The notes beneath the pieces were generated by a model. That model did no database searches, was not told where the DNA came from, and saw nothing but the letters and a program-made list of their open reading frames with translations. Shown here in pieces: positions 1-10,378 of a stretch of 38,623 nt of DNA. The translations under genes were made by a program, and so were the position numbers. Source of the DNA: a virus (Duplodnaviria; Caudoviricetes); the IMG/VR virus record IMGVR_UViG_3300033407_000061, positions 1-38,623 of that record, one strand, 5' to 3'. Every line of letters starts with the position of its first letter. Positions within the stretch are counted from its first letter, which is position 1.

Positions 1-115
1 CAGGCCACAGTCAATTGGCCACCGCAAGGTAGGAGCGTCAACTATGAGACGTCTCTGAATGTATCGACTCATGTGTCAGATACAAGCCTACAGCCTTGTG
101 CTGTGGGTCATTGAC
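1..115 (+). mobile_element. Right half of 297-bp IS200/IS605-type non-autonomous element (MITE-A), cut by the window start
   Basis: Identical to the reverse complement of 32136-32250; ends CAAG-CCTACAGC CTTGT GCTGTGGG-TCATTGAC (right-end hairpin and TGAC cleavage motif). Confidence 0.85.
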
Positions 116-205
116 TGTCATCCCCGCAAATTCAGGGATCTTAACAGAGAAGAAAGCAACCACGTTGCTGTCTCCGCATAGTGCTCTATAGCGAGTGATT
201 TCCAT
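116..205 (-). pseudogene. N-terminal fragment of a small phage protein (SpoVG-like, tentative) interrupted by MITE-A
   Basis: AGGAG RBS, then MEITRYRALCGDSNVVAFFSVKIPEFAGMT runs straight into the element end; a probable C-terminal part lies at 38415-38497. Confidence 0.5.
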
Positions 206-384
206 GAGTTCTCCTGTGAAAATATAATTATGACAGAAAACTAAAGAGTTTACCAGTATTACTGGCAATAAATTCAATTTTCAAATACACTGACAAGTGA
301 AATCATTAATCGCTAGTCTTGCGTTATAGACATGATTTCAAAACCGCGTAACCCGACGCTCGCAACGTCACAAATGGAAAACTT

Positions 385-1113
385 ATGACCGAAGCTGAAA
401 CATCAGGCGTAGAACAGGAGATCGCCACTCCAGAGCATCAGGACATGGGTGAAGCTCATGAGCCGCAAGAGCAGAACGAAGCCCCTCAAGTGGTCGAAAG
501 CGATCAAGAGAAGAACTTCAGACAGCTCCGTGAGGCAAATGAGCGACTACGGCAGAAAGATGAAGAGCGTGATCAGATGATGTACGCGATGCAAAGGCAA
601 ATGCTTGAGCATTCTTCGCAAAAGAAGCAACCCGAAAAAGAGCCTGAGGTGGACGAATTAGCTGGGATAGACCCGACTGATTGGCCAACCGTGAGCCAAG
701 CGAGACGAATAGCTCGCCAAGAATGGGAAGCTTTGGAAGCGGAAAAGCACAAGAGGGAAGCCCCGAATCGTGTGAAAGCCAAACTCTCCGACTTCGACTC
801 CGTGGTTACAACAGAAGCGATGAAACAACTGCAGGCATTAGAGCCTGATGTGTTTCGTGCTCTTGGTTTCATTGGTGATGAAGAAGCTCAGGCGGTTGCG
901 GCATACAAGTACATCAAGGCGTACGTGCCCAAGGTGCAAGAGGCAGCGGAAGCGTCGAAGCGGATTCAACAAAATGCCAACCGGCCTAAAAGTCTTAGCG
1001 CGACAACAGGTGGAAGCCCATTGTCACAGGCGGGAGCATTTGAACAGGGGCTAACCCCTGCTCTTAAAGCTCACCTTTTAGCTGAAATGAATGAGTGCGC
1101 GCGTCGAGCTTAA
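385..1113 (+). CDS. Capsid scaffolding protein (probable)
   Basis: 242 aa, acidic, helical/coiled-coil; directly upstream of the major capsid gene. Confidence 0.7.
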   Translation: MTEAETSGVEQEIATPEHQDMGEAHEPQEQNEAPQVVESDQEKNFRQLREANERLRQKDEERDQMMYAMQRQMLEHSSQKKQPEKEPEVDELAGIDPTDWPTVSQARRIARQEWEALEAEKHKREAPNRVKAKLSDFDSVVTTEAMKQLQALEPDVFRALGFIGDEEAQAVAAYKYIKAYVPKVQEAAEASKRIQQNANRPKSLSATTGGSPLSQAGAFEQGLTPALKAHLLAEMNECARRA

Positions 1114-1145
1114 AATAATGTCTGCTCTAATCTAAAGGAGCAGAA

Positions 1146-2831
1146 ATGGCCATCACAACAAGTAGTGTCCTACCAGCACCGGTTAAAGCTTGAATTGAGC
1201 CGGTATAAAACTTGAGGTGATTACTTGGGAAGCCTAAACATAAATCCTAGCCTATGCTATACGGTTATAGATACAGCATAGGAGGAAATATGCAGGGTAA
1301 CCAGAGGCAAACGCTTCTAGCATATGCAGCAGGTATTTTAGACGCAGATGGATGCTTCATGATAAGCAAACACAAAAGAAAGACAAAGACAAATAGGAAA
1401 TATTCCAATGTGGAAAAACTTTCCCCTACATATATGCCAACAGTGAAAGTGGCTATGGTAGAGTCTGAAGCAATCGATTTGTTGATCCATGAGTTAGGAT
1501 ACGGTAAGCATAATTTAGAAGGCGCTCGGAAAAGTAGACCGAATAATAAGCCGATTTACCATTGGTATCTTCGTGGGGCAAAAAAGGTGCTCCCATTTCT
1601 CGAGGAAGTCACTCCTTATTTGAGAGTGAAGACAAAAAGGTCAAACTTCCTTAAGAAATATTGTGAACGAATGGTAAATGTTAAAAATGTCGGCTTTAGA
1701 GGTCTAACTGATCACGAGCTAGATTATCGAGAGGACTCTTATATAAAAATGAGGGAGCTCAATGGTAATAAAGTAGCCGCAACGACTAAGTCCTCGAGAC
1801 CCGAGAGGGTAAGCGATAGTCTAATCTCATAGGAAACTATGAGAGGGAAGGTTGAAGCGCCATCCCCGCCGCCGTAAGGTGGTCAGTAGGCCCTAACTAG
1901 GCCGAAAGTAATAGATAGTCAACAGAGTTTTAGCTTTAAGCTACTGTCCGTACCAGTGCCGTATATGATCCACAAGATTCCTGCGATGCTTAAGCAAATG
2001 CCAAGGAATGGCGGAACAGATTTACGAATGCGTAGGTACAATCCTCTTGCGACTGCTACAGTCCCATTAGGCAATTCCGGGATTTACCCCCCAGCACAAA
2101 CCCTCTCAGCGATTGACATCGATGCCAAGATGGATTTCTACGGCACTTATGTTGTACTCAACGAACAGGTTACCCTACAAAACCAGGACCCTGTATTAAA
2201 CGAAGCTGCCAAGCGACTTGGTGTATCACTAAGACAGACCGAAGACGAACTAACCAGAAACATGCTGGCAGCTACGGCTTCCTTCATCAACTGCGTGGGC
2301 GGTACCAACGGTGACAACCCAACTGAAATAGCCCGGTCAGACATTGACGAGGTCATCAAGACGCTTGCCACTGCCAACGGTGCAACTATCTCCGATTCAA
2401 TTGATGGGGAAGATAAGTTCGGTTCATCTCCTATTCGCGATGCTTACTTTGTCATGGCGTCGACTCAACTTATTGGAGATTTGGAGAATGTCACAGGCTT
2501 TATTGCCAAGTCTCAGTATCCAAACCAAGATAAGGTGCTTCGGCCAGAATGGTGCTCGATTTCCAACACTCGTTGGCTTTTGAGTTCTATCGGATCTTCT
2601 AATGCTAATGCTTCCCTCAATGGTGCAACCGTTTTCAACTGCTTCGTAGCAGCGATGGAAGCGTACGCATGTATCGAGCAGGATGATTATAGCGCTCAGT
2701 TTATCTATCGCCCACCTATCTATGATGGACCGCTAGCTTTGAACGCCTCTGTTGGATACAAATTCGCAGAAGTACCACGCATCACCAACGATGCTTGGAT
2801 TATCAACCTAAGATGCACCCTATCAGTATAA
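1146..2831 (+). CDS. Major capsid protein, N4-gp56 family; spliced join(1146..1183,1919..2831), 316 aa
   Basis: AAGGAG RBS; exon 1 MAITTSSVLPAP(V) joins in frame to QQSFSFKLLSVPVPYMIHKIP...MPRNGG..LRMRRYNPL, typical of this capsid family. Confidence 0.9.
1184..1918 (+). ncRNA. Group I self-splicing intron (735 nt) in the major capsid gene
   Basis: Exon ACCGGU pairs with internal guide GCCGGU, giving a U.G wobble at the 5' splice site; terminal G1918; P7 GACTA/TAGTC (about 1784 and 1817); removal restores the reading frame. Confidence 0.9.
1290..1832 (+). CDS. Intron-encoded LAGLIDADG homing endonuclease (single motif)
   Basis: LAYAAGILDADGCF motif; GGAGG RBS before ATG 1290 (ORF track starts at 1254). 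Confidence 0.88.
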   Translation: MQGNQRQTLLAYAAGILDADGCFMISKHKRKTKTNRKYSNVEKLSPTYMPTVKVAMVESEAIDLLIHELGYGKHNLEGARKSRPNNKPIYHWYLRGAKKVLPFLEEVTPYLRVKTKRSNFLKKYCERMVNVKNVGFRGLTDHELDYREDSYIKMRELNGNKVAATTKSSRPERVSDSLIS

Positions 2832-2841
2832 GGAGGAAATT

Positions 2842-3807
2842 ATGAGCGAACAACTTATTGCTTCAGGCTCCTTCACATCAGATGGAGCAGCCCACAGCAT
2901 CGCCCTACGTTCGGATTTCGATATCTTTCGAGTGTGGAACCAAACGCAGGCAGCGACGACTCAGACAACGGGTCGTGGATGCAAGTTCGAATGGCAAAGA
3001 GGTCTCGCGGCTGGCGCAGGATTCATGTTTACTAAGCAGAATTCATCAAATGCGCTCGACTTAGAGTTTATCACTACTGGTGGATTCACTCGTGTTGACC
3101 AATCTAGCCAGGTTTTAGGTGCAGAGCAAGCGACATCCGGTACAGACGTAACACAAGCAAATCCAGCAGTTGTGACGGTCACAGCACACGGCTACAGCAA
3201 TGGCGATCGCGTCCGTATCTACGGAACGACTGGCATGCTGCAGATCGCAGGCTATGACTTCACTATCGGCAGCGTAAGCACTAATGATTTCGAACTTTCC
3301 TACCTGGATAGTTCTGGATTCGCAGCGGTTGCTACAGCTGGTTTTGTCCGTAAAGTCCCTAACAATCCTATTTATTCTCCACAGGCTAACCGTATTACGG
3401 CGATTACTGCAGCGAATCCTATGGTTGTTACCCTAGCGGTTACACACGGCCTGTCTGTAGGTGAAAAGATCCGTCTTTTTGTCACTTCTGATTTCGGAAT
3501 GACAGAGGCGAATGGTCTTTTAGGTGAAATCACAGCAGTAAGCACCGTAAACAACACTGTCACTTTGGACATTGATTCTAGCGGGTTTACTACTTTTGCT
3601 TTCCCAACTTCAGCGGATGCAGCATTGGGTGTTACACCTGCTCACATCGTTCCTGTTGGTGATGCAACGTCTACCCTTGCGGGATCAATGGATAACACTG
3701 CACAAATCGTGATGGAACTTGGAGCTGGAGCCGATGGCCCAGCTGGTAGCACCAGTGACGTGATCTACTGGGAAGCCCTAGCTAGTAGATACACTCTAGC
3801 TGAGTAA
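2842..3807 (+). CDS. Virion structural protein with two FCCH-like beta-barrel repeats
   Basis: ANPAVVTVTAHGYSNGDRVRI and ANPMVVTLAVTHGLSVGEKIRL repeats; follows the capsid gene; AAGGAGG RBS. Confidence 0.65.
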   Translation: MSEQLIASGSFTSDGAAHSIALRSDFDIFRVWNQTQAATTQTTGRGCKFEWQRGLAAGAGFMFTKQNSSNALDLEFITTGGFTRVDQSSQVLGAEQATSGTDVTQANPAVVTVTAHGYSNGDRVRIYGTTGMLQIAGYDFTIGSVSTNDFELSYLDSSGFAAVATAGFVRKVPNNPIYSPQANRITAITAANPMVVTLAVTHGLSVGEKIRLFVTSDFGMTEANGLLGEITAVSTVNNTVTLDIDSSGFTTFAFPTSADAALGVTPAHIVPVGDATSTLAGSMDNTAQIVMELGAGADGPAGSTSDVIYWEALASRYTLAE

Positions 3808-3813
3808 ACCTAT

Positions 3814-3845
3814 AAGGAGGGGGACAGAACGTCCTCCTCCTTATA
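3814..3845 (+). terminator. Putative intrinsic terminator hairpin
   Basis: AAGGAGGGGGAC-AGAAC-GTCCTCCTCCTT followed by a T-rich tract, right after the stop at 3807. Confidence 0.5.
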
Positions 3846-3879
3846 TTAAATAATTGATAAACCAGAGTGGAAAAATACA

Positions 3880-4320
3880 ATGAGCAAAGACAAAGAGCCG
3901 GTAAAACTGTCCTTATCCAAAGATACGGACAAAAAAGTTTCCGAAAAGCAAGAAACTGTCCGAATGGCACCTCTTGAAGAGGCAAAAGTAACGGCAAATT
4001 GTGACGAAGACGATCATGTTTACCGCATGTGGAAGGAAGAGAGTCGCCTTGTTAAGGGAATCTTCCGATTCCGTGAGCCTGCAGGTGGAAACGTACAGTT
4101 TTATTTCAGAAAGTACAAGTGGGATCCGACCCAAGAATACATCATGCAAGATGGCGAAGTGTATGAGGTGCCCCTCGCTGTAGCTAGACACCTAAACGCT
4201 AACTGCAATTATCCGATTCACTCCCATATCCTTGGTGCTGATGGCAAACCAACAGTAGATACCAAAGGCCGAGTGAAGAGCCGAATGAATTTCGAAGGCT
4301 TGGAGTTCGCAGTTGCTTGA
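3880..4320 (+). CDS. Hypothetical protein, head module
   Basis: 146 aa ORF within the structural operon. Confidence 0.7.
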   Translation: MSKDKEPVKLSLSKDTDKKVSEKQETVRMAPLEEAKVTANCDEDDHVYRMWKEESRLVKGIFRFREPAGGNVQFYFRKYKWDPTQEYIMQDGEVYEVPLAVARHLNANCNYPIHSHILGADGKPTVDTKGRVKSRMNFEGLEFAVA

Positions 4321-4747
4321 TATACCGCGTTATATTTCTTTTAAAAAGTTCGGCGGGAATTGGGGGTTGCTGGGATCCAGCGACAACCCAGTCGAACTTT
4401 TAGGCAATAGCGCTATTTGGGACTCTATAGACAATATTTGGGTTGATGTAAATAAAAGAGGCGAGGTTGTCATTTCAAAATATAATGACGACCACTTTAA
4501 AATGCCGAATTTAAATAAATTGTGTGTAAGAAGGGTGTACTCGCAGACTTGGATTTCTTACTCTTCGAGTCTAGATCAGGACGAACTTTCCATTAGTGAA
4601 TCTTATTTTAAAGAAGTTCACAAAGATATGGTTCGCCTGGCGATTCTTTTAAAAAAAGATGTCCCCGCCGAAGTTGTGTCCGAGTATAAAACTGTATTAC
4701 CAAGTTTAAACTATCCCAAAGATGATTTTTTACAAAATGAAATCTAA
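4313..4747 (+). CDS. Hypothetical protein (AT-rich, moron-like)
   Basis: 144 aa ORF with TTG start; visibly lower GC than its flanks. Confidence 0.5.
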   Translation: MLDIPRYISFKKFGGNWGLLGSSDNPVELLGNSAIWDSIDNIWVDVNKRGEVVISKYNDDHFKMPNLNKLCVRRVYSQTWISYSSSLDQDELSISESYFKEVHKDMVRLAILLKKDVPAEVVSEYKTVLPSLNYPKDDFLQNEI

Positions 4748-4823
4748 AGTCATGATTAAATTTATATTGATAATCTGCTTGATAGTCGTTTCGTATTTTA
4801 CATTTTCAACTTTTAACTTGCTA

Positions 4824-4930
4824 ACCAAATATCCCTAGCACAAGGCTAGTGGTTTAATGAAGACGAAAAAACCTTTAAGGAGCGGGAATTCCCCCGGCGG
4901 TACAAGACCGGCGGTACCCTTCCCGTCAAT
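4824..4930 (-). mobile_element. MITE-B copy (about 110-bp IS200/IS605-like element)
   Basis: CCCTAGCACAAGGCTAG hairpin...TTTAAGGAGCGGGAATTCCCC...TTCCCG; abuts ACAA-TG (TTGT on the minus strand). Confidence 0.75.
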
Positions 4931-4933
4931 ACA

Positions 4934-5182
4934 ATGGAAAATATTACAAGAGACGAAGCAAAAAAACGCATGCGATTAGACTGGTGCAAATATTGTGATC
5001 AAAAGGAATTGCTCGCAGCTCTTCTAGAAGATGATATCGAAAAACTGGATACATATCGTAGATTAAAACAGAAAGTTGACAGTTATAATGCCGAAATGGA
5101 GGAATCTATTGATTCCTCGGACGAAGTTACTTTTTTGAAAAAAGTGATCGAATACAGACCTCCAAACATTTCAGGGGATTAA
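4934..5182 (+). CDS. Hypothetical protein
   Basis: 82 aa ORF starting at the MITE-B boundary. Confidence 0.55.
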   Translation: MENITRDEAKKRMRLDWCKYCDQKELLAALLEDDIEKLDTYRRLKQKVDSYNAEMEESIDSSDEVTFLKKVIEYRPPNISGD

Positions 5183-5216
5183 AAACGGAGAACAACACAA
5201 GTATCACGGTGTAAAA

Positions 5217-6191
5217 ATGAGCAAAAGCACACTACTACAGATCAAAAAAAAGACCAGGAGACTAACAGCAAGCCCCTCACCAAATCAGCTAAGTGAAGCA
5301 GATTTGGAGGAATATATTGACACTTTCTACGAGCAAGACTTCCCGGCAGCCTTGAAGCTTTGGAATACTCATAGCAAGTACGAGTTCTTCACGATACCAA
5401 ATGAAGATCAATACCCGTTTGATACAAGCCTTTATCAATCCGTCCTTCCTCCTGTCTATATTGATGGTCTAGAGGCTCTCTATTCCCAGTCACGAGAAGA
5501 GTTCTTCAACATATATCCAAAGCTGAATATAGAGCAGAATGCGGGACAAGGAGACGGGACAGCAGGACCGTATTCCTTCACCCTTAGTCAGCTACCCGTC
5601 CTTAAGCGAGCGGTAACAGTTTACGCAGCGGATACCACTGGGGGGACGCAATCAGCAAGTGACGTGCCAGATTCTCCAACAAGCGCGACAGGCACATGGA
5701 TAGACAACGTAACAGGAATAGCCCTGGCAGGAGCTATTAATTACGTGACGGGAGTAAGCACCATAACCTTCACGACAAATATAGCCTCAACAGAAAGCAT
5801 TAACGCGACATTCTCCCCTTATACAGGGAGCAGGCCAAGCGCAATGCTGTTCTTTAAGGATTATTTCATCCTTCGGCCAGTACCAGACAAAGTATATCGT
5901 GTTTCCATGGAGGTTTACCAGACCCCTTCACAGCTGCTAAGTTCCTCTAACCACTCAGATGCTAACACACCGGATATAAGTCAGTGGTGGCAGTACATCG
6001 CGGCAGGAGCAGCAATCAAGATCCTAGAGGATAGGCAAGACATCGAGAGTATAAAAAACATTTTGCCACTATTCCAAAAACAAGAAGCTCTTATCACATA
6101 CAGAACGGCTACGCAGCAAGCACCTGAAAGAACAGCGACGATATTCACTAATCAAACTGGTATTAGTAGCCTAGGATTTGGAATTAAATAA
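5217..6191 (+). CDS. Head-tail adaptor / tail tubular protein A-like
   Basis: N-terminal LLQIKKKTRRL, LRPVPDKVY and WWQYIAAGAA motifs; position after the capsid genes. Confidence 0.65.
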   Translation: MSKSTLLQIKKKTRRLTASPSPNQLSEADLEEYIDTFYEQDFPAALKLWNTHSKYEFFTIPNEDQYPFDTSLYQSVLPPVYIDGLEALYSQSREEFFNIYPKLNIEQNAGQGDGTAGPYSFTLSQLPVLKRAVTVYAADTTGGTQSASDVPDSPTSATGTWIDNVTGIALAGAINYVTGVSTITFTTNIASTESINATFSPYTGSRPSAMLFFKDYFILRPVPDKVYRVSMEVYQTPSQLLSSSNHSDANTPDISQWWQYIAAGAAIKILEDRQDIESIKNILPLFQKQEALITYRTATQQAPERTATIFTNQTGISSLGFGIK

Positions 6192-6961
6192 TGGTTTATA
6201 AACCTAATATCCCACAGCCCACAGACTTCATATCCCAATCACAGAAGGACATGATTGGAAACTTCGAAACTACAGATTCAATATGGGGACAAGCCCCTAC
6301 GGAGCAAGAAAACGTAGGAGATCACGTCCCGTTAACCAATGCTAAATTAGAAGATTTGGGTGCCCATAAGAAGTTAAGTCTACCAGAGCAAGCGGTTGAA
6401 CCAGCTCCTGGGGTGAATGAGATAACATTATTTTCAAAAGACACTTCTGCAGTTTCAGAACTCTACTACAGAAGAGATGGAGACGCAGCAGGAATACAGC
6501 TTACTTCACTAGGTGGTATTATAATCGGTGGTCTTGTCTTACGGGCATTCGTGATATTTGATTTCGAAGGAAACATTATGGAAAGAGAGGAGCTTGACAG
6601 TGAGGGAAAGACGATCAAAGTGCCTCTCTCTTACAATGTTTCTAGCGTTACTCCTAACCAGCCACTAGTGCAAGGCAAAAACATCTACGGAGATTGGAAT
6701 ATTAATTATACAAACAATCTTCCAACAGCGGACTATATATGGGATTATCGAGCCTTTGTAGATTTAAATTTTAATCCGTTTGGCTTAAGACTAGTCCAAG
6801 CACAACCTTTTTCTACAGCAACATATTCCGCGGCAGTTTCAACAAGTCATTTTAGGGCCTTCAGCACAAATATTGCCGGCAGTGGAACCTCAATATCACC
6901 AGCAGGACCAGTAGTCTTAAGATTGCAAAGAATGATTTTTCAAGCATACACCGTGGCATAA
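6191..6961 (+). CDS. Putative virion protein, paralog of 6971-7600
   Basis: N-terminus YKPNIPQPTDFISQSQKDMIGNF resembles YDPDKPQPKDILSVSQADLLENF; TAATG coupling to the upstream gene. Confidence 0.6.
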   Translation: MVYKPNIPQPTDFISQSQKDMIGNFETTDSIWGQAPTEQENVGDHVPLTNAKLEDLGAHKKLSLPEQAVEPAPGVNEITLFSKDTSAVSELYYRRDGDAAGIQLTSLGGIIIGGLVLRAFVIFDFEGNIMEREELDSEGKTIKVPLSYNVSSVTPNQPLVQGKNIYGDWNINYTNNLPTADYIWDYRAFVDLNFNPFGLRLVQAQPFSTATYSAAVSTSHFRAFSTNIAGSGTSISPAGPVVLRLQRMIFQAYTVA

Positions 6962-6970
6962 GGAAATAAT

Positions 6971-7600
6971 ATGACATACGACCCGGACAAACCTCAGCCA
7001 AAAGATATATTGTCAGTCAGCCAAGCCGACTTACTAGAGAATTTTCAACAGCTGAATACGCAGTTTTCAGTAAATCATGTCGCGTTGGACGATACGACAG
7101 GTGATGCCGGAAAGCACAAATTTGTAACGCTAGTGGAGCAAAGTACTGTTCCAACGACCAAAGCAGATGAGTATCTCCTATTCTCACAGGATGATGGAGG
7201 AACACCAGAGATTTACGCTAGGCCAGAGTCCAACGGGACAGCATATCAATTAACTAAAGCGGGGGCATTATATTCGGGATTGATTCCTGTTGTAGCAGTC
7301 AATTTTGATGTTAATGGAACACCACAAGGAAGCTCTCTCAACGTGGCAAGCATAGCCAGGCCAGGTGCATCAGGCAGATATGTGATTACCTTTACAAACG
7401 CATTGCCGGACGCGAACTACTTTTGGAGTGTGAGTGGATTTGACAATTCGTCTAACCCGGTAATATCTCAGGTTACTAACAATAGCACCTATTCCACAGT
7501 GGTGACAGCCTCGACGATCTCATTCGATTTCAAGAATCAAAACAGCACATTGATAACAGCATTGACAAGAGCAAGCGTTATCTGCTGGAGGATCCAATAG
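6971..7600 (+). CDS. Putative virion protein
   Basis: 209 aa; C-terminal GRYVITFTNALPDANY beta-domain seen in tail-associated proteins. Confidence 0.6.
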   Translation: MTYDPDKPQPKDILSVSQADLLENFQQLNTQFSVNHVALDDTTGDAGKHKFVTLVEQSTVPTTKADEYLLFSQDDGGTPEIYARPESNGTAYQLTKAGALYSGLIPVVAVNFDVNGTPQGSSLNVASIARPGASGRYVITFTNALPDANYFWSVSGFDNSSNPVISQVTNNSTYSTVVTASTISFDFKNQNSTLITALTRASVICWRIQ

Positions 7601-7642
7601 TGAGTACGAACAAAACTTTAAGGAGCGGGAATTCCCGTAAAT
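7600..7642 (-). mobile_element. Internally deleted MITE-B copy
   Basis: GTACGAACAAAACTTTAAGGAGCGGGAATTCCCG, then ATAATG of the 910-aa gene. Confidence 0.7.
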
Positions 7643-7645
7643 ATA

Positions 7646-10378
7646 ATGGGAAAGTATGTACCGACAGCAATCACATATCAAGACAGTGGCCTTGTCAGGG
7701 ATAGGGATGCTTTCGTACTTTCTGATGATGCCTACACAGATTTAGAAAATATCTATCAGTGGAGAGGAAGGCTACGCAGGAGACAAGGGTACGATACACT
7801 AGCTAGATTGCGACGACTCTACTCAGCAATTACCTACTTCGATTCTTCAGCGTCTCCTTGGTCCTTCAACGTCCTTACCCTATCAGGTTATATCAGCGCT
7901 ATAGATATTAGTAGTTCACCAACGCTTGTAATCACGACTCCTGTTCCTCACGGTCTTTCAAATGCCGATAATGTGGTATTTACTGGCGTGGGAGGAACCA
8001 CGGACCTGAATGATAACACTTACGCCATAGCAAACATCACGGCGACTACATTCGAAGTGTCACAAGCCTCAGCAAACGCCTTTACCACGGGCGGTTCCTG
8101 GATGTCAGACCGCTCTCTCTCCGTGCTAGAGCCTGGCGCATCTGTAGAATGTGGGAGTTTTAGCTTGGTAAACGATACAGCAGGGACACCAGAAACAATA
8201 ACAGACGATGGACAGGGAGTTCTTACAGGTACAATAGCAGCCACAGGAACCATTAACTACGCAACGGGAGACGTAACCATTACAGGAGCGGTAGGATCTG
8301 TGCCAACTACTCTGACAATGGGTTATTTCCCTAGTCTTCCTGTTATGGGACTTCCTCAACGTGAGCTGACAGACATTAACGCCGAACAGACTATCGGCTT
8401 CGATACACGCTACACCTACAAGTTCAACAACACCTCTGGAAAGTTCGACGAGCTATCTCCTCCAACAATGTGGTCTGGAACAGATTCTAATTTCTTTTGG
8501 GCAACGACCTACTGGTACTCAACTGACAAGGCTCAATACTTTTGGACATCCAATTTCTCTGGAACAGGAGGAGACCCTATACAGATTTATGATGGGGTAG
8601 ATTGGTACGACTTTGCTCCTACGCTTGGTGGTGGTGATCTCATGACGCAAGCACTGATGCTAATCCCTTACAAAGGACGCATGGTAGCCTTGAACACGAT
8701 GGAAGGAACAAGTCTAGCAGCTAGCTTTAACTTTGCTCAAAGGGCACGATGGTCACAGAATGGTGCTCCTCTATCGGCCGTCACGTCTGGTACAGCTCCA
8801 ACAGCAACTGTGGAATGGCTCTCTAACGTAAAAGGAAGAGGGGGCTATGTTGATGCTCCCACCAATGAAAGGATTGTATCAGCTAACTTTGTTAGAGACC
8901 TACTCGTTGTGGGATTCGAGCGTTCCACATGGGCACTCCGTTACACCGGGAACGAAATCCTTCCCTTCGTCTGGGAGCGAATTAACAAGGAGCTGGGAAG
9001 CGAGTCTACTTTCAGCATGGTTGCTTTTGACAGAGGAATCCTAGCAGTCGGAGATAAGTCCATCAATTCGTGTGATGGTAACTCAGTTGAAAGGATTGAC
9101 GAGGCTATCCCTGACGAAGTGTTCAACATCCATAATAATGGATCAGATGGGCCTCTAAGAGTACACGGAATACGTGACTTCTACGAGCGTCTTGTGTATT
9201 GGACTTTTCCAGATGCGGAGACGCAGGCAACTTTTCCTGACAGACTTCTAGTTTTCAACTACCACAACCAGACATGGTCAATATTCAAGGATTCGTTTAC
9301 ATGCTTTGGAACATTCCAGAGATTCAACGACATCACATGGGCAGATCTGTTCGACCAATCATGGGATGAGGCAAATTATAGTTGGGTGTCAGCGAAGCTA
9401 CAGAGTCAGTTCCCTAATATCATAGCTGGCAATCAACAAGGTTACGTCCTTAATCTTAATCAAAAGGTTTCCAACGGCGATAGTCTATACATAAGCGATA
9501 TCACTGGTGGAGCGACAATTGTTTCTCTACAAGTGCTAAACCATAACCTGACATCAACAAAACCAGGTGAAAAGGGGCCGACCGAGTACATTAAAATCAG
9601 CGGTGTTGTTGGAGCAGGAGCAGACGAGCTAAATGGTCGGGTATTCGCTGTTCAAGTGGACGATGCTGACAATATATTTCTATGGACGAAGCCAAGAACA
9701 GCCATAACAGCCATAACGCAGGCTACACAAGCGGTTGTAACAGCTGTGAACCATAACTTCAGTGTCGGACAGCATTTCTACATAGACAATGTCACGGGAA
9801 TGACTCGAATCAATGGATTGAATGGCCTTATCGTTGCTGTTTCTGGAAACAACCTAACCATAGACGTAGACACATCAGGATTTGCAGCCTATACAGGGCC
9901 ATCAGGAGAGATACAAAACCTAGACGCGAAAGTTATAAATCAGTTGGTAGCAGCAGGCACTTATCTAGGGTGTGGAGAGATTGAAAGAGTCATGGGCTTC
10001 ACAGCAACATCAAAGAAATTCAATTTCCTAGACCAAGGAAAGAAGACATTCATTGGTCATCTAGACTTCCTAACAGACGTAACCTCCGACGGGGAAATTG
10101 CCGTTGATGTGTACACAGACTACAACGACTCAAATCCTGTAAATGACGTACAAGACGACTTTTTCAACAATACATTCTCGACTCAGATAGAGCAGTTTGG
10201 GCAGGTGGGAAAAAGTAAGGAATGGCATCGCTTCTATTGCCCAACAGATGCTCAATTCTTTAATTATAATTTGACAATGACCGAACGAATGATGTTCACA
10301 CCAGCCATCACTAGTAGCAGCGTCCTAATAGATGCGATAATCTTGTGGTCTGAAGTGGGAGGAAGGCTAATTGACTAG
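7646..10378 (+). CDS. Tail nozzle / DNA-stabilisation protein (tubular B / P22 gp10-like) with FCCH-like inserts
   Basis: 910 aa, beta-rich, RARWSQ motif; lies between the adaptor and the ejection genes. Confidence 0.65.
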   Translation: MGKYVPTAITYQDSGLVRDRDAFVLSDDAYTDLENIYQWRGRLRRRQGYDTLARLRRLYSAITYFDSSASPWSFNVLTLSGYISAIDISSSPTLVITTPVPHGLSNADNVVFTGVGGTTDLNDNTYAIANITATTFEVSQASANAFTTGGSWMSDRSLSVLEPGASVECGSFSLVNDTAGTPETITDDGQGVLTGTIAATGTINYATGDVTITGAVGSVPTTLTMGYFPSLPVMGLPQRELTDINAEQTIGFDTRYTYKFNNTSGKFDELSPPTMWSGTDSNFFWATTYWYSTDKAQYFWTSNFSGTGGDPIQIYDGVDWYDFAPTLGGGDLMTQALMLIPYKGRMVALNTMEGTSLAASFNFAQRARWSQNGAPLSAVTSGTAPTATVEWLSNVKGRGGYVDAPTNERIVSANFVRDLLVVGFERSTWALRYTGNEILPFVWERINKELGSESTFSMVAFDRGILAVGDKSINSCDGNSVERIDEAIPDEVFNIHNNGSDGPLRVHGIRDFYERLVYWTFPDAETQATFPDRLLVFNYHNQTWSIFKDSFTCFGTFQRFNDITWADLFDQSWDEANYSWVSAKLQSQFPNIIAGNQQGYVLNLNQKVSNGDSLYISDITGGATIVSLQVLNHNLTSTKPGEKGPTEYIKISGVVGAGADELNGRVFAVQVDDADNIFLWTKPRTAITAITQATQAVVTAVNHNFSVGQHFYIDNVTGMTRINGLNGLIVAVSGNNLTIDVDTSGFAAYTGPSGEIQNLDAKVINQLVAAGTYLGCGEIERVMGFTATSKKFNFLDQGKKTFIGHLDFLTDVTSDGEIAVDVYTDYNDSNPVNDVQDDFFNNTFSTQIEQFGQVGKSKEWHRFYCPTDAQFFNYNLTMTERMMFTPAITSSSVLIDAIILWSEVGGRLID

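Noticed and set aside
1956-2831. Capsid protein starting at 1956 as in the ORF track
   Set aside because: No RBS there; the real start is at 1146, with an intron
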